From a virus (taxonomy: Duplodnaviria > Caudoviricetes): a DNA stretch of 26,896 bases. Location of the stretch: positions 1 through 26,896 of IMG/VR virus record IMGVR_UViG_3300005805_000391. One strand, written 5' to 3'. This document shows positions 13,831 to 22,531 of the stretch, piece after piece; the first letter of the stretch is position 1; every line of letters starts with the position of its first letter. A program made the translations under genes and the position numbers. The notes beneath the pieces were generated by a model. That model had not been told where the DNA came from and made no database searches. It worked only from the letters and a program-made list of their open reading frames with translations.

Positions 13831-14848
13831 TAAGGTCAAAAGCAAAGTTGAGCGCAGTATGGTTGTCTCCGCTGGTAATGCGGAGTCGATGCGGGAGTAC
13901 ATGGACAGGAAGTATGCGGAAAGTCCAATCAAACTCCGCACCTTGGCGTGGGGGCACTACAAGAGAGGGTTGCGTTACAAGAATTTCAGAGACGTGTTTT
14001 CTAGGCCGGAGGGTGCGCAAGGTTTGAAAACAACTATGGCGGCACTGTCCGAAGCTCTGTCCAAGAACAGAGAGATAGCCCAAAAAGGCGCGGGGGGTGA
14101 TGTGCTTGAGGCGATTACATCGTACCCATTCGTTGTACTTGAGCCTGACTTTCAGGCGCCACGAAACTACTATGATGCTTTTATAGAAGAGGGCGCTATT
14201 AACTTACCGTTTCCCATGGTCACGGTCCTGTGTGCGCAAAATCTTAATGCCGAAGGAGACGGGTTTGATACTATCACCCCCATATTTCTCGCGCAGGAAT
14301 CGGGTGGTGGAGTAAATATTCACCTTGCACTAGGCGTATCTTCCGACACTATATTCAAACGCCCGCATATAGCCACAATCAACTTGACTGTGACAGAACA
14401 TCCAGAAACGCATGTTCTGAGCATCACGCCGTCTGCGCCGGTAGCTCAAGCTGGATGGATGGACTACAGTCTGTATGAATCATTAGCCAACAGCGCGCTA
14501 GTTGCTATCTATATGCTCACACACCATACGGGTGAAGTGCTGATGTCACGGCCCAGCCTTGAAGAAGTGTCGGCCAATAAGAAAAGAGCGCGTAAGGGTA
14601 AAGCCCCACTAGTTGAGTTCAAACTTGTATCTATCACAGGCAAGGAAACGTACAAGGCTTCCACACCTCACGGCACGCATGCGTCGCCCAAGCAACACTG
14701 GCGCAGGGGCCACTGGCGTAACTGCAAATCAGGCAAACGCACATGGATTGAACCCATGCTGGTGGGTGACGAAAAGAACGGCAAAATCATCAAAGACTAC
14801 GCCATAGGAAACTACCGAGATTCCGGATCGCATGCTATTATGAGATGA
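13817..14848 (+). CDS. Hypothetical protein with a C-terminal HxRRGHWR motif (343 aa)
   Basis: ATG 13817 after GGAGG; HASPKQHWRRGHWR...RTWIEPMLVG. Confidence 0.8.
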   Translation: MATADKVKSKVERSMVVSAGNAESMREYMDRKYAESPIKLRTLAWGHYKRGLRYKNFRDVFSRPEGAQGLKTTMAALSEALSKNREIAQKGAGGDVLEAITSYPFVVLEPDFQAPRNYYDAFIEEGAINLPFPMVTVLCAQNLNAEGDGFDTITPIFLAQESGGGVNIHLALGVSSDTIFKRPHIATINLTVTEHPETHVLSITPSAPVAQAGWMDYSLYESLANSALVAIYMLTHHTGEVLMSRPSLEEVSANKKRARKGKAPLVEFKLVSITGKETYKASTPHGTHASPKQHWRRGHWRNCKSGKRTWIEPMLVGDEKNGKIIKDYAIGNYRDSGSHAIMR

Positions 14849-14873
14849 TCAAAATCTCAGTGAGGATATAGTC

Positions 14874-15533
14874 ATGCAACCGTCTGAAGTGAAGTGGTCG
14901 TTCTCATCGCTCAAGGATTACGTCAACTGCCCACGGCAGTATCTTGAAGTCAAGGTTCTCAAGCGATACGAAAAGAAACCAACAGCGCAAACCCTGTATG
15001 GGTCGGCGGTACATTCAGCGATTGAAGACTATGTCGGCAAGGGCACTCCCCTCCCTGAAGACTACAAGCGTTACGCCTCCCAACTTGACCCCCTTGTTGA
15101 GATGTCAGGAATTAAATTTCCTGAGCATCGCATGGCTGTTGATTTTGAGCGCAAGCCGTGCTCTTGGGGGAAATACTGGGTGCGTGGCATCGTAGACCTT
15201 CTGGTGGTTGATGGCTCCACTGGATTCATCGTGGACTACAAGACCGGCAACGACAAGTATGCTGATCTGAAACAACTGCAACTGATGGCCCTCCTGACCT
15301 TCGCTCACTTTGAGCAGGTCGATCACATCAAGGCAGGGCTGCTTTTTGTAGCCAAGAAAAATTTCATTACAACAGAGTACTCTCGCGGTGATCTTGACAA
15401 GCTGTGGATGGAGTTCTACCCGTCGCTTGAGCGACTGCGGCTGTCCCATGTCAACGACGAGTGGCTCCCCAACCCAACCCCACTATGCGGCTGGTGTCCA
15501 GTACGCGAATGTGAGTTTCATAAAGAAAACTAA
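14874..15533 (+). CDS. PD-(D/E)xK Cas4/RecB-like exonuclease
   Basis: WSFSSL...CPRQY, GIVDLL, IVDYKTG, QLQLMA, C-terminal CGWCPVREC (Fe-S-type cysteines). Confidence 0.9.
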   Translation: MQPSEVKWSFSSLKDYVNCPRQYLEVKVLKRYEKKPTAQTLYGSAVHSAIEDYVGKGTPLPEDYKRYASQLDPLVEMSGIKFPEHRMAVDFERKPCSWGKYWVRGIVDLLVVDGSTGFIVDYKTGNDKYADLKQLQLMALLTFAHFEQVDHIKAGLLFVAKKNFITTEYSRGDLDKLWMEFYPSLERLRLSHVNDEWLPNPTPLCGWCPVRECEFHKEN

Positions 15534-15535
15534 TC

Positions 15536-15730
15536 ATGAAAGACGGACTGATAGATTACGCCCACCCAATGATCATGGTTGACAGGAAGATGAAAGAGGC
15601 ACACGAGCAGCTACTGCTCCGGAACTGGGATGCAGGCATGGAGAAGTTGCTTGAAGCGTCGGTTGAGTTGAAAATGGCGATGAACTCCGTCAGGCACATC
15701 AAGGAGACCGAGAATGCCCTACGTCAATAA
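15536..15730 (+). CDS. Hypothetical phage protein (64 aa)
   Basis: ATG 2 bp after the previous stop; overlaps the next start. Confidence 0.75.
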   Translation: MKDGLIDYAHPMIMVDRKMKEAHEQLLLRNWDAGMEKLLEASVELKMAMNSVRHIKETENALRQ

Positions 15731-16028
15731 ACCCAGACCCTACAAGCTGGAGTACCAGCAGCAAAAGGCTAGAGACGAGCATGCCCGTCGCATGGAGCGT
15801 CAACGCGCACGGCGCGCAATCGACAAGAAGGGCGACGACGGCAACGGCAACGGCAAGGCTGATGTGCGCGAGGGCAAGGACGTAGCGCATCGCAAGGCGC
15901 TCGACAAGGGCGGCTCCAACAAGCATGGCGTGTACATCACATCAGCGAGTGCCAATCGTTCTTTCCGGCGTGACTCTAAGGGTAATCTGGTATCCGAGAC
16001 CAGCAAAAAAGAGCGGAAGAAAACTTGA
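15714..16028 (+). CDS. HNH-like endonuclease
   Basis: Basic N-terminus; GKDVAHRKALDKGGSN...SANRS beta-beta-alpha-Me pattern; AGGAG RBS. Confidence 0.75.
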   Translation: MPYVNKPRPYKLEYQQQKARDEHARRMERQRARRAIDKKGDDGNGNGKADVREGKDVAHRKALDKGGSNKHGVYITSASANRSFRRDSKGNLVSETSKKERKKT

Positions 16029-16052
16029 CATTTAGCCAGCGGGCTCCATAAT
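16025..16052 (+). promoter_or_regulatory. sigma70 promoter
   Basis: TTGACA-16 bp-CATAAT, overlapping the HNH stop codon. Confidence 0.7.
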
Positions 16053-16057
16053 GTCTG

Positions 16058-16229
16058 AGTGGCCGTAGGGTGTGAGTGGGTCACGGATGTCACGCATCCA
16101 AAGGGGTTTTTGCAGTTGCGTTTCTTCCCCGATAACCGCATCAGTCAGTCGGTAGGGCCTCCATCTCCCTTTCTCCTGCGTCAGGGCTGACCGGGTGAGG
16201 GGGCGCAGTCCCCCTCCTACCCGTTTTTT
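16058..16229 (+). ncRNA. Putative structured small RNA or attenuator leader
   Basis: Bounded by a promoter and an intrinsic terminator; several hairpins; no convincing ORF. Confidence 0.5.
16192..16229 (+). terminator. Rho-independent terminator upstream of the helicase
   Basis: CGGGT-GAGGGGG-CGCAGT-CCCCCTC-CT-ACCCG-TTTTTT. Confidence 0.8.
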
Positions 16230-16244
16230 AGTTGATCAAACAGT

Positions 16245-17819
16245 ATGCAAGTAGTCGAAAACAGTGCGATAAGGTTCAAGTGTCCCTCTGACACTGCTGC
16301 GGTCATAACCAGCTACATCGACAAGAGCGAAGTGCTGGACAACAATGGCGCGGTCTCTGATGTGGTTGTGTTCTGGGGGCTCGATGAGATGCAGCGGCTT
16401 GCGCGCATCGCTCCCTCTTCCCTGAAGATTCCATCGCCCATCGAGCGCGATTACAACTGGCCCGGGATGTTCACTCCGTTTGAGCATCAAAAGGACACGG
16501 CTCGATTTCTCACCCTGCACAAACGCGCGTTCTGCTTCAACGAGGCGGGTACAGGCAAGACCTCTGCTGCGATATGGGCGGCTGACTACCTCATGAATCA
16601 GGGACGCGTCAAGCGCGTTCTGGTGATCTGTCCTCTGTCCATCATGCAAAGCGCATGGCAAGCTGATCTGTTCAAAACAGCGATGCACCGATCATGCGGT
16701 GTGGCGCATGGCTCTACATCCAAGCGCAAAAAGATCATCTCAGCAGGTTACGAGTTTGTGATCATCAACTACGACGGCGTAGGTGTCATCGAGGAAGAGA
16801 TCAAACAAGGCGGCTTTGACTTGATCATCGTTGACGAGGCCAACGCCTACAAGAACACGAGCACTGTGCGCTGGCGCATTCTTGCAAGACTGCTGACCAA
16901 AGACACATGGCTGTGGATGATGACGGGCACTCCTGCATCACAGTCGCCTGAAGATGCGTTCGGACTCGCCCGACTCATTAATCCTGATGCTGTTCCTCGA
17001 TACAAGTCTGCATGGAAAGACAAGGTGATGTTCCAGGCCAGTCGTTTTCGCTGGCTTCCGAAAAAAGAATCACAACAGATTGTGTTCGATGCACTGCAAC
17101 CCGCGATCCGGTACGAGAAGGCCAACTGTGTTGATCTGCCAGAGGTGCTGTATCAAGACCGATACGTGCCGCTGAGTCCGCAAGCGGCGAAATATTACAA
17201 GGACTTGGTCAGAGAGATGCAGATCAAAACCGCTGGAGAGACCATCAGCACGGTCAATGCTGCGGCGGCTATCTCTCGCCTGTTGCAACTATCAGGCGGC
17301 GCTGTGTATACGGACGATGGCAACGTCGTTGAGTTTGATATTGCACCACGGCTCAATGTCCTGCAAGAGGTTCTGGATGAGGCAGCACACAAGGTGCTCA
17401 TCTTCGTGCCCTTCCGGCACACGCTGCGCTTGATCAGCAACCATCTGACGGCCAACAACGTAACCAACGAAATAATCTCTGGAGATGTGTCGGCGTCTGA
17501 ACGCGCCAGAATCTTCGATAGGTTTCAGACCACAACTAATCCAAAGGTGCTGCTCATTCAACCACAGGCAGCATCGCACGGTGTGACCTTGACAGCGGCA
17601 GACACGCTGATCTTCTGGTCTCCCGTCATGTCAGTCGAAACGTACTTGCAATGCGTGGCTCGGATAGATCGAGTGGGCCAGCAAAACAAGATGACCGTCA
17701 TCCACCTTCAAGGGTCAGAGGTGGAGAAGCGCATGTACAAGATGCTGCAAAGCAAAGTGGACATGCACGAGCGGTTGGTTGACCTGTATCGTGAAGAGAT
17801 GGAGGATAGCAATGAGTGA
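16245..17819 (+). CDS. SNF2-family (SF2) helicase
   Basis: FNEAGTGKT, LVICPLS, IIVDEA, MMTGTP, QAASHGVTL, QCVARIDRVGQ. Confidence 0.93.
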   Translation: MQVVENSAIRFKCPSDTAAVITSYIDKSEVLDNNGAVSDVVVFWGLDEMQRLARIAPSSLKIPSPIERDYNWPGMFTPFEHQKDTARFLTLHKRAFCFNEAGTGKTSAAIWAADYLMNQGRVKRVLVICPLSIMQSAWQADLFKTAMHRSCGVAHGSTSKRKKIISAGYEFVIINYDGVGVIEEEIKQGGFDLIIVDEANAYKNTSTVRWRILARLLTKDTWLWMMTGTPASQSPEDAFGLARLINPDAVPRYKSAWKDKVMFQASRFRWLPKKESQQIVFDALQPAIRYEKANCVDLPEVLYQDRYVPLSPQAAKYYKDLVREMQIKTAGETISTVNAAAAISRLLQLSGGAVYTDDGNVVEFDIAPRLNVLQEVLDEAAHKVLIFVPFRHTLRLISNHLTANNVTNEIISGDVSASERARIFDRFQTTTNPKVLLIQPQAASHGVTLTAADTLIFWSPVMSVETYLQCVARIDRVGQQNKMTVIHLQGSEVEKRMYKMLQSKVDMHERLVDLYREEMEDSNE

Positions 17820-18222
17820 CGCTGAGTCATTAGTAAAAGACTACTTGACAATTCGCCGGGAACGCGAAAAACTCAAGGAGAAGTACGAGAGTGAAGACAA
17901 CACTCTCAAGGAAGCCATGGCGCGTATCGAGAGCGCGCTCTTGGACATTTGCAATCAGACGGGGGCGAACGGACTAAAGACAACGCATGGCAGCGTAAGC
18001 CGCCAAATCAAGGATCGGTTTTTCTGTACGGACTGGGACAACTTCAAAAAGTTTGTGGAGACTGAGGGCTCCATCGACTTGCTGGAGCGTCGCATCCATC
18101 AGAAGAACTTCAAAGAATTCATGTCTGGGAGAGAAGGCATGGGCCTGCCTCCGGGGGTGAATAGCCTACGCGAATACGACATCGTTGTTCGCAAGGTATC
18201 AAGTAACGCAACTTCAGTTTAA
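17812..18222 (+). CDS. Conserved phage replication-module protein with an N-terminal coiled coil (136 aa)
   Basis: ATG 17812 after GGAGG; DWDNFKKFV...LLERRI motif. Confidence 0.8.
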   Translation: MSDAESLVKDYLTIRREREKLKEKYESEDNTLKEAMARIESALLDICNQTGANGLKTTHGSVSRQIKDRFFCTDWDNFKKFVETEGSIDLLERRIHQKNFKEFMSGREGMGLPPGVNSLREYDIVVRKVSSNATSV

Positions 18223-18233
18223 GGAAAAGTATC

Positions 18234-19073
18234 ATGGCAAACGAACTAGCCACAATCATCGGTTCTTCCGATCTCGCAGAACTCCAACTCGGTCTTGATG
18301 AGGACACCCTTGCGGTTGCAGGCGGTGCTGTAAAAGGCAACAAGCGCATTTCGATTGAAGGTCGGGTGTTCCGCAAAATCGTTGGCGGCAAAGAGCAAAG
18401 TGTCAACACTGACAACTCGATGAACGTAGTCTTCGTCAAGATGGCGCACGACGCATCGCGTACGTACTACGCCTCTACCTACAAGAAGGGTGTGAAGATT
18501 TCCCCCGCTTGCTGGTCCAACGACTCCAAGACCCCGGACCCCGAGGTTAAGAGTCCACCTGCATTGTCATGCGCGGAATGCCCCAACTCTGTAAAAGGCT
18601 CTGGCCAAGGCGGTCAAGGTACGGCGTGCCGTCTGTCATGGCGTACTGCGGTTGTTCTTCCCAACGATCCTGCTGGCGATGTGTATCAGCTTGTGCTGCC
18701 TGCCACGAGCGCGTTCGGCAAGGAAGAAAATGGACGCTGGCCTTTCCGTCCGTACATTCAGATGCTGGCAAACAATAACGTGTCTGCTGGGCGCGTTGTG
18801 ACCAAGATGGAGTTTGACATCAACAGTCCAGTGCCCCGTCTGCTTTTCTCGCCAGTAGCTGCTGTGCCTTCGGAGATGCGTGAGACTATCGCACGTCAAG
18901 GCAAGACACCCGCTGCGGAAAGCGCCGTCAAACTCACGGTGTACAAGACTGACAGCGCGGAAGAAGAGGTCGAGGCACCAGCAGTGCCGGAGCCGACTGT
19001 GCGTGAGACCGCCAAGCCTGCTGCCAAGGCAGAGGATGTGAGCGAGATCGTGAAGAAGTGGGCAAAAAAGTAA
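18234..19073 (+). CDS. Putative ssDNA-binding/annealing protein
   Basis: 279 aa, beta-rich, Cys cluster (CWSND, CAECP, ACR), acidic/Pro-Ala tail; lies between helicase and primase; function inferred. Confidence 0.6.
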   Translation: MANELATIIGSSDLAELQLGLDEDTLAVAGGAVKGNKRISIEGRVFRKIVGGKEQSVNTDNSMNVVFVKMAHDASRTYYASTYKKGVKISPACWSNDSKTPDPEVKSPPALSCAECPNSVKGSGQGGQGTACRLSWRTAVVLPNDPAGDVYQLVLPATSAFGKEENGRWPFRPYIQMLANNNVSAGRVVTKMEFDINSPVPRLLFSPVAAVPSEMRETIARQGKTPAAESAVKLTVYKTDSAEEEVEAPAVPEPTVRETAKPAAKAEDVSEIVKKWAKK

Positions 19074-19403
19074 ATGCCTCAGACGTACAGCGCCAGACTC
19101 AGGGAATTCCTTGAGGACACGACTGTCTATCGACTAGGGAAGGACCTTGGCGCTGTGTGCGTCAAGGCCAACCTTCCTGCGTCGTATGTTGCCGTTGTGT
19201 TGGATGTGTCTCGGATCACCATACATTCATGGTTCCGGGGCGGCACTATACGTCCACGTAAACGGGAAAAAGTCGAGACGTTCATCAAACTAGTAGAGGA
19301 GGACATGGAGAAAGGGCTTCTCCCCGCAAAGAGTTTGCGCGATGCAAAGGCGTATCTTGGAGACATGATAGGTCGCCCCATCACGCTGAAAAAATCGGAC
19401 TGA
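19074..19403 (+). CDS. Helix-turn-helix DNA-binding protein (XRE/Cro-like)
   Basis: ASYVAVVLDVSRITIHSWFRG HTH pattern. Confidence 0.75.
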   Translation: MPQTYSARLREFLEDTTVYRLGKDLGAVCVKANLPASYVAVVLDVSRITIHSWFRGGTIRPRKREKVETFIKLVEEDMEKGLLPAKSLRDAKAYLGDMIGRPITLKKSD

Positions 19404-19419
19404 TCAAGTCTTGCTGTAC

Positions 19420-19443
19420 GGCAGGGGTGTCCCTGCCATTTTT
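19420..19443 (+). terminator. Hairpin / weak terminator just before the primase start
   Basis: GGCAGGG-GTGT-CCCTGCC-ATTTTT. Confidence 0.55.
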
Positions 19444-19455
19444 GTCTCTGCGAAC

Positions 19456-22344
19456 ATGAAACAATTTTATGAGAAAGTCGTGGCCACGCAGGGCAACATT
19501 TGTATCGTGGGAATCATGGGCGAGGCTGTGCGCCCAAAATTCTTCGATGACTTGGATGCTGCCCTAGATCAGATTGAGAAATTTGACAAGGAGGATTTCA
19601 ACGCCTATTTTGGGACTGGGACGTTTGATGGTTTTCGACGCAAGGCGCAATTCTGCCTCTTCCAGCGTTCGTTCTTTGTCGACCTCGACTGTGGCGAAGG
19701 TAAGCCATACCTGACCCAACAGGACGGACTCGATGCGCTTCACAAATTTGTGGAGGACAACGAACTGCCGCAACCCATCATCGTCAACTCTGGCCGTGGA
19801 GTGCATGCGTACTGGCCGTTCACCAACGATATACCAGCAGACGACTGGAAGCCCTACGCGGACAAGTTCAAACAGTTCTGTCTGGACAAAGGGTTGTTAA
19901 TTGACGAGTCGGTAACAGCCGACGCAGCGCGCATCATGCGCGCACCGGGGTCAAGGAACCTGAAGAAGGACCCCCTGTCTGTAACAGTCTTGCAAGATGC
20001 GGAGCCAACTGACTTCGAGTCATGGAAGACACGCCTCGGGCAGATTGAACAGGCTTTCAGTTTGGATGATGTTGAGAGAGGACTTGACCCCGATACACAG
20101 GCCATCTACGACAAACTCAGGGACAACTTTGAATTTGACTTTCAAAGAATCGCAGAACTCAGTCTACAAGGTGACGGCTGTGCGCAAATCAAACATATCC
20201 TCGAAAACGCATCTAGTTGCCCGGAGCCACTCTGGTACGCTGGAATATCTGTCGCCGTCCGGTGTCGTGATGGCGCTTCTGCCATACATCTCATGTCAGA
20301 AGACCACCCCAACTACTCCAGAGAAGAGACAGAACGGAAAGCCGCTCAGTCAGTCAGTTCCGCAAAGTGGGCTCACGGCTGCGATGCGTTTGAGAAAGAA
20401 AACGCAGGAGGCTGCGCCGGGTGCCCTCATAGAACTCGACTCGGACGAATCGGACCTATTGGTCTCGGGAAGGTTTTACGAGCCCCGCCAGAGCAATCCA
20501 TTGTTGAATTGTTTACTGGAACAGCAGAGCAACAACTCTCAGGCGAAGAAGGTAAAGAGGACACAGTTCGGATTGTCGAGGATTCCAAAGCCGTTCCAGT
20601 ATTCCCAGACTTCATCAAGCCATTTGAACGAGGACTCAACGGCGGTATCTACTACACCCCACCACCAAGGCGAGACAAAAAAGGCACGTTGATTCAAGAC
20701 CCGCCTGAGTTGATCATTCATACGGATGTGTATCCAACGAAGCGCCTGTACAGCCCGCACGACGGCGAGTGTCTTGTCATGAAGGTTGTGCTGCCACGAG
20801 ACCCGTCGAGGGAGTTCATCTTGCCGATGCGAGATGTGACAGCCACTGACAGACTCAAGGCGAAACTGTCAGAGCAGGGGGTCACCTTTGATCCAGTGTA
20901 TGCGCCGCGCATTGCGTCGTACTTGACCAAATGGATGGCCTATTTAATCAACATACAGAAAGCAGATGTTATGAGAGTGCAACAAGGTTGGACCGAAGAT
21001 TTCAAATCGTTTGTTCTGGGCACGTATGAGTACATGGCTGATGGCACCACGCAGCATTGCCCTACGTCGCCTATATCGAAGAACGTCGTCAAGCACATCA
21101 AGTCGGAGGGCAGTTTTGATACGTGGAAGCAGTGCGTACAGATGTTCAACGATCCCGGATATGAATGGCATGCCTTCACCGTCTTGTGCGGATTTGCAAC
21201 GCCTCTCATGGCGCTTACCAACGTCAACGGCGTCACGCTGTCGCTGTACAGTGAGGGTCCGGGCACGGGCAAGACTGGCGCACTGTATGGCAACTTGAGT
21301 ATCTGGGGCAAGCCAGATACGTTGGCTATCAATGAGAGTACCCCCAATGCGCTTATTCAGCGCATGATCACCAGCAAAAACATTTCGTTCGGGCTGGATG
21401 AGCAGAGTAACAATGAAGGCAAGGTCATCTCCAACCTGCTCTACAACGTCAGTTCTGGTACACCCAAACTGCGGATGATGGCATCCAGCAATCAGGAACG
21501 TGAGACGCAGTTCAACACAAACTTGATCGCAGTCATCACGACCAATAAGCGCACCCGCTCCATGTTGGAGGAGTACAAGGCAAACGCAAGTGCAGAAAAC
21601 GTCCGTGTTCTTGAGCCTGAGATCACCGCACCCAGAGAACCGGGGTACGAATTGACGGCTGAGCGTGGCAAGGCAATGTTCGATCCCTTGAAATCCAACT
21701 ACGGATGGGCAGGGCGCGAATACGTGCAATACCTGTACAAGATTGGGCTGAACAACATCCGGCGCTCCGTGGACCTTGAGTACCTGAAGGTGGCCGACAG
21801 CTACAGCAAAAACGCTGAGTATCGTTTCCTGTCCAACCTGCTGGCCACGACACGGGTTGCAGGAGAAATTGTCAACGAGATGAAACTCCTTGACTTCAAT
21901 CTGGACCGCATCTTTCAAGTCGTTGGCAAGGAGATGCTCGACACAGTCAATGGCAGGCGCAGGGACGATGAGAACTCTCGCGCAGACGTGTTGGGTGACT
22001 TCATCAACAAAAACATTCAGAACTGTCTAGTTTTGAAGGACGGCAAGGTCGTGATGGAACCACGCCAAGCCCTGTATGTGAGAGCAGAAGTGGATACCGG
22101 CACGATCTACATCTCCACCACGCCGCTCAAACAATACTTACGCGAAGCGAAAGTGGACACCAGGCAGTTTGAAAAGCGCTTGGTTGATGAAGGTGTGATG
22201 GTCGGCAAGGTGCGAAAACAGATGGCCGCTGGATGGAAGGCCGCGCTTGGAGCACACAATGTCCAAGCGTATCAAATCAGCATGGATATAAGCCACATGT
22301 TCAATGAGCAAGAAGAGCCCACCCCCGTCGCAGCTTCCGTATGA
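19456..22344 (+). CDS. AEP/RepB-like primase fused to a DUF927-type helicase
   Basis: FFVDLD, VNSGRGVHAYW, RIMRAPGS primase motifs; PriCT-like EPLWY...HPNY; CxxF...CAGCPH; QQGW; Walker A GPGTGKT; LDE. Confidence 0.88.
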   Translation: MKQFYEKVVATQGNICIVGIMGEAVRPKFFDDLDAALDQIEKFDKEDFNAYFGTGTFDGFRRKAQFCLFQRSFFVDLDCGEGKPYLTQQDGLDALHKFVEDNELPQPIIVNSGRGVHAYWPFTNDIPADDWKPYADKFKQFCLDKGLLIDESVTADAARIMRAPGSRNLKKDPLSVTVLQDAEPTDFESWKTRLGQIEQAFSLDDVERGLDPDTQAIYDKLRDNFEFDFQRIAELSLQGDGCAQIKHILENASSCPEPLWYAGISVAVRCRDGASAIHLMSEDHPNYSREETERKAAQSVSSAKWAHGCDAFEKENAGGCAGCPHRTRLGRIGPIGLGKVLRAPPEQSIVELFTGTAEQQLSGEEGKEDTVRIVEDSKAVPVFPDFIKPFERGLNGGIYYTPPPRRDKKGTLIQDPPELIIHTDVYPTKRLYSPHDGECLVMKVVLPRDPSREFILPMRDVTATDRLKAKLSEQGVTFDPVYAPRIASYLTKWMAYLINIQKADVMRVQQGWTEDFKSFVLGTYEYMADGTTQHCPTSPISKNVVKHIKSEGSFDTWKQCVQMFNDPGYEWHAFTVLCGFATPLMALTNVNGVTLSLYSEGPGTGKTGALYGNLSIWGKPDTLAINESTPNALIQRMITSKNISFGLDEQSNNEGKVISNLLYNVSSGTPKLRMMASSNQERETQFNTNLIAVITTNKRTRSMLEEYKANASAENVRVLEPEITAPREPGYELTAERGKAMFDPLKSNYGWAGREYVQYLYKIGLNNIRRSVDLEYLKVADSYSKNAEYRFLSNLLATTRVAGEIVNEMKLLDFNLDRIFQVVGKEMLDTVNGRRRDDENSRADVLGDFINKNIQNCLVLKDGKVVMEPRQALYVRAEVDTGTIYISTTPLKQYLREAKVDTRQFEKRLVDEGVMVGKVRKQMAAGWKAALGAHNVQAYQISMDISHMFNEQEEPTPVAASV

Positions 22345-22531
22345 AGAGCCGGAATGGCTGCTGCCGTTTCAGTCCATGGAGATAGGGGATAGCTTTTTTA
22401 TCCCCACCATGAAGCCCGCGTACTTCTGCTACGTGATTGATACGGCAGCAAAAAAGTCAGGCGTGAAGATCAAGGTCTTTGTCACGTCCAAGAATGACAT
22501 GCTTGGAGTCCGTGCATGGAGGATTGGTTAG
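22304..22531 (+). CDS. Small conserved phage protein, possibly DNA-binding
   Basis: LPFQSMEIGDSFFIP...GVRAWRIG motif seen in small phage proteins. Confidence 0.75.
   Translation: MSKKSPPPSQLPYEEPEWLLPFQSMEIGDSFFIPTMKPAYFCYVIDTAAKKSGVKIKVFVTSKNDMLGVRAWRIG

Noticed and set aside
15714-16229. HNH gene plus structured RNA as a possible group I intron or homing element
   Set aside because: The flanking genes are intact and not split, the RNA has its own promoter and terminator, and I could not identify group I core elements.
19997-21918. Long alternative ORFs 19997..20692 (+) and 20944..21918 (-)
   Set aside because: They lie wholly within the motif-bearing primase-helicase gene and have no recognisable motifs or RBS.
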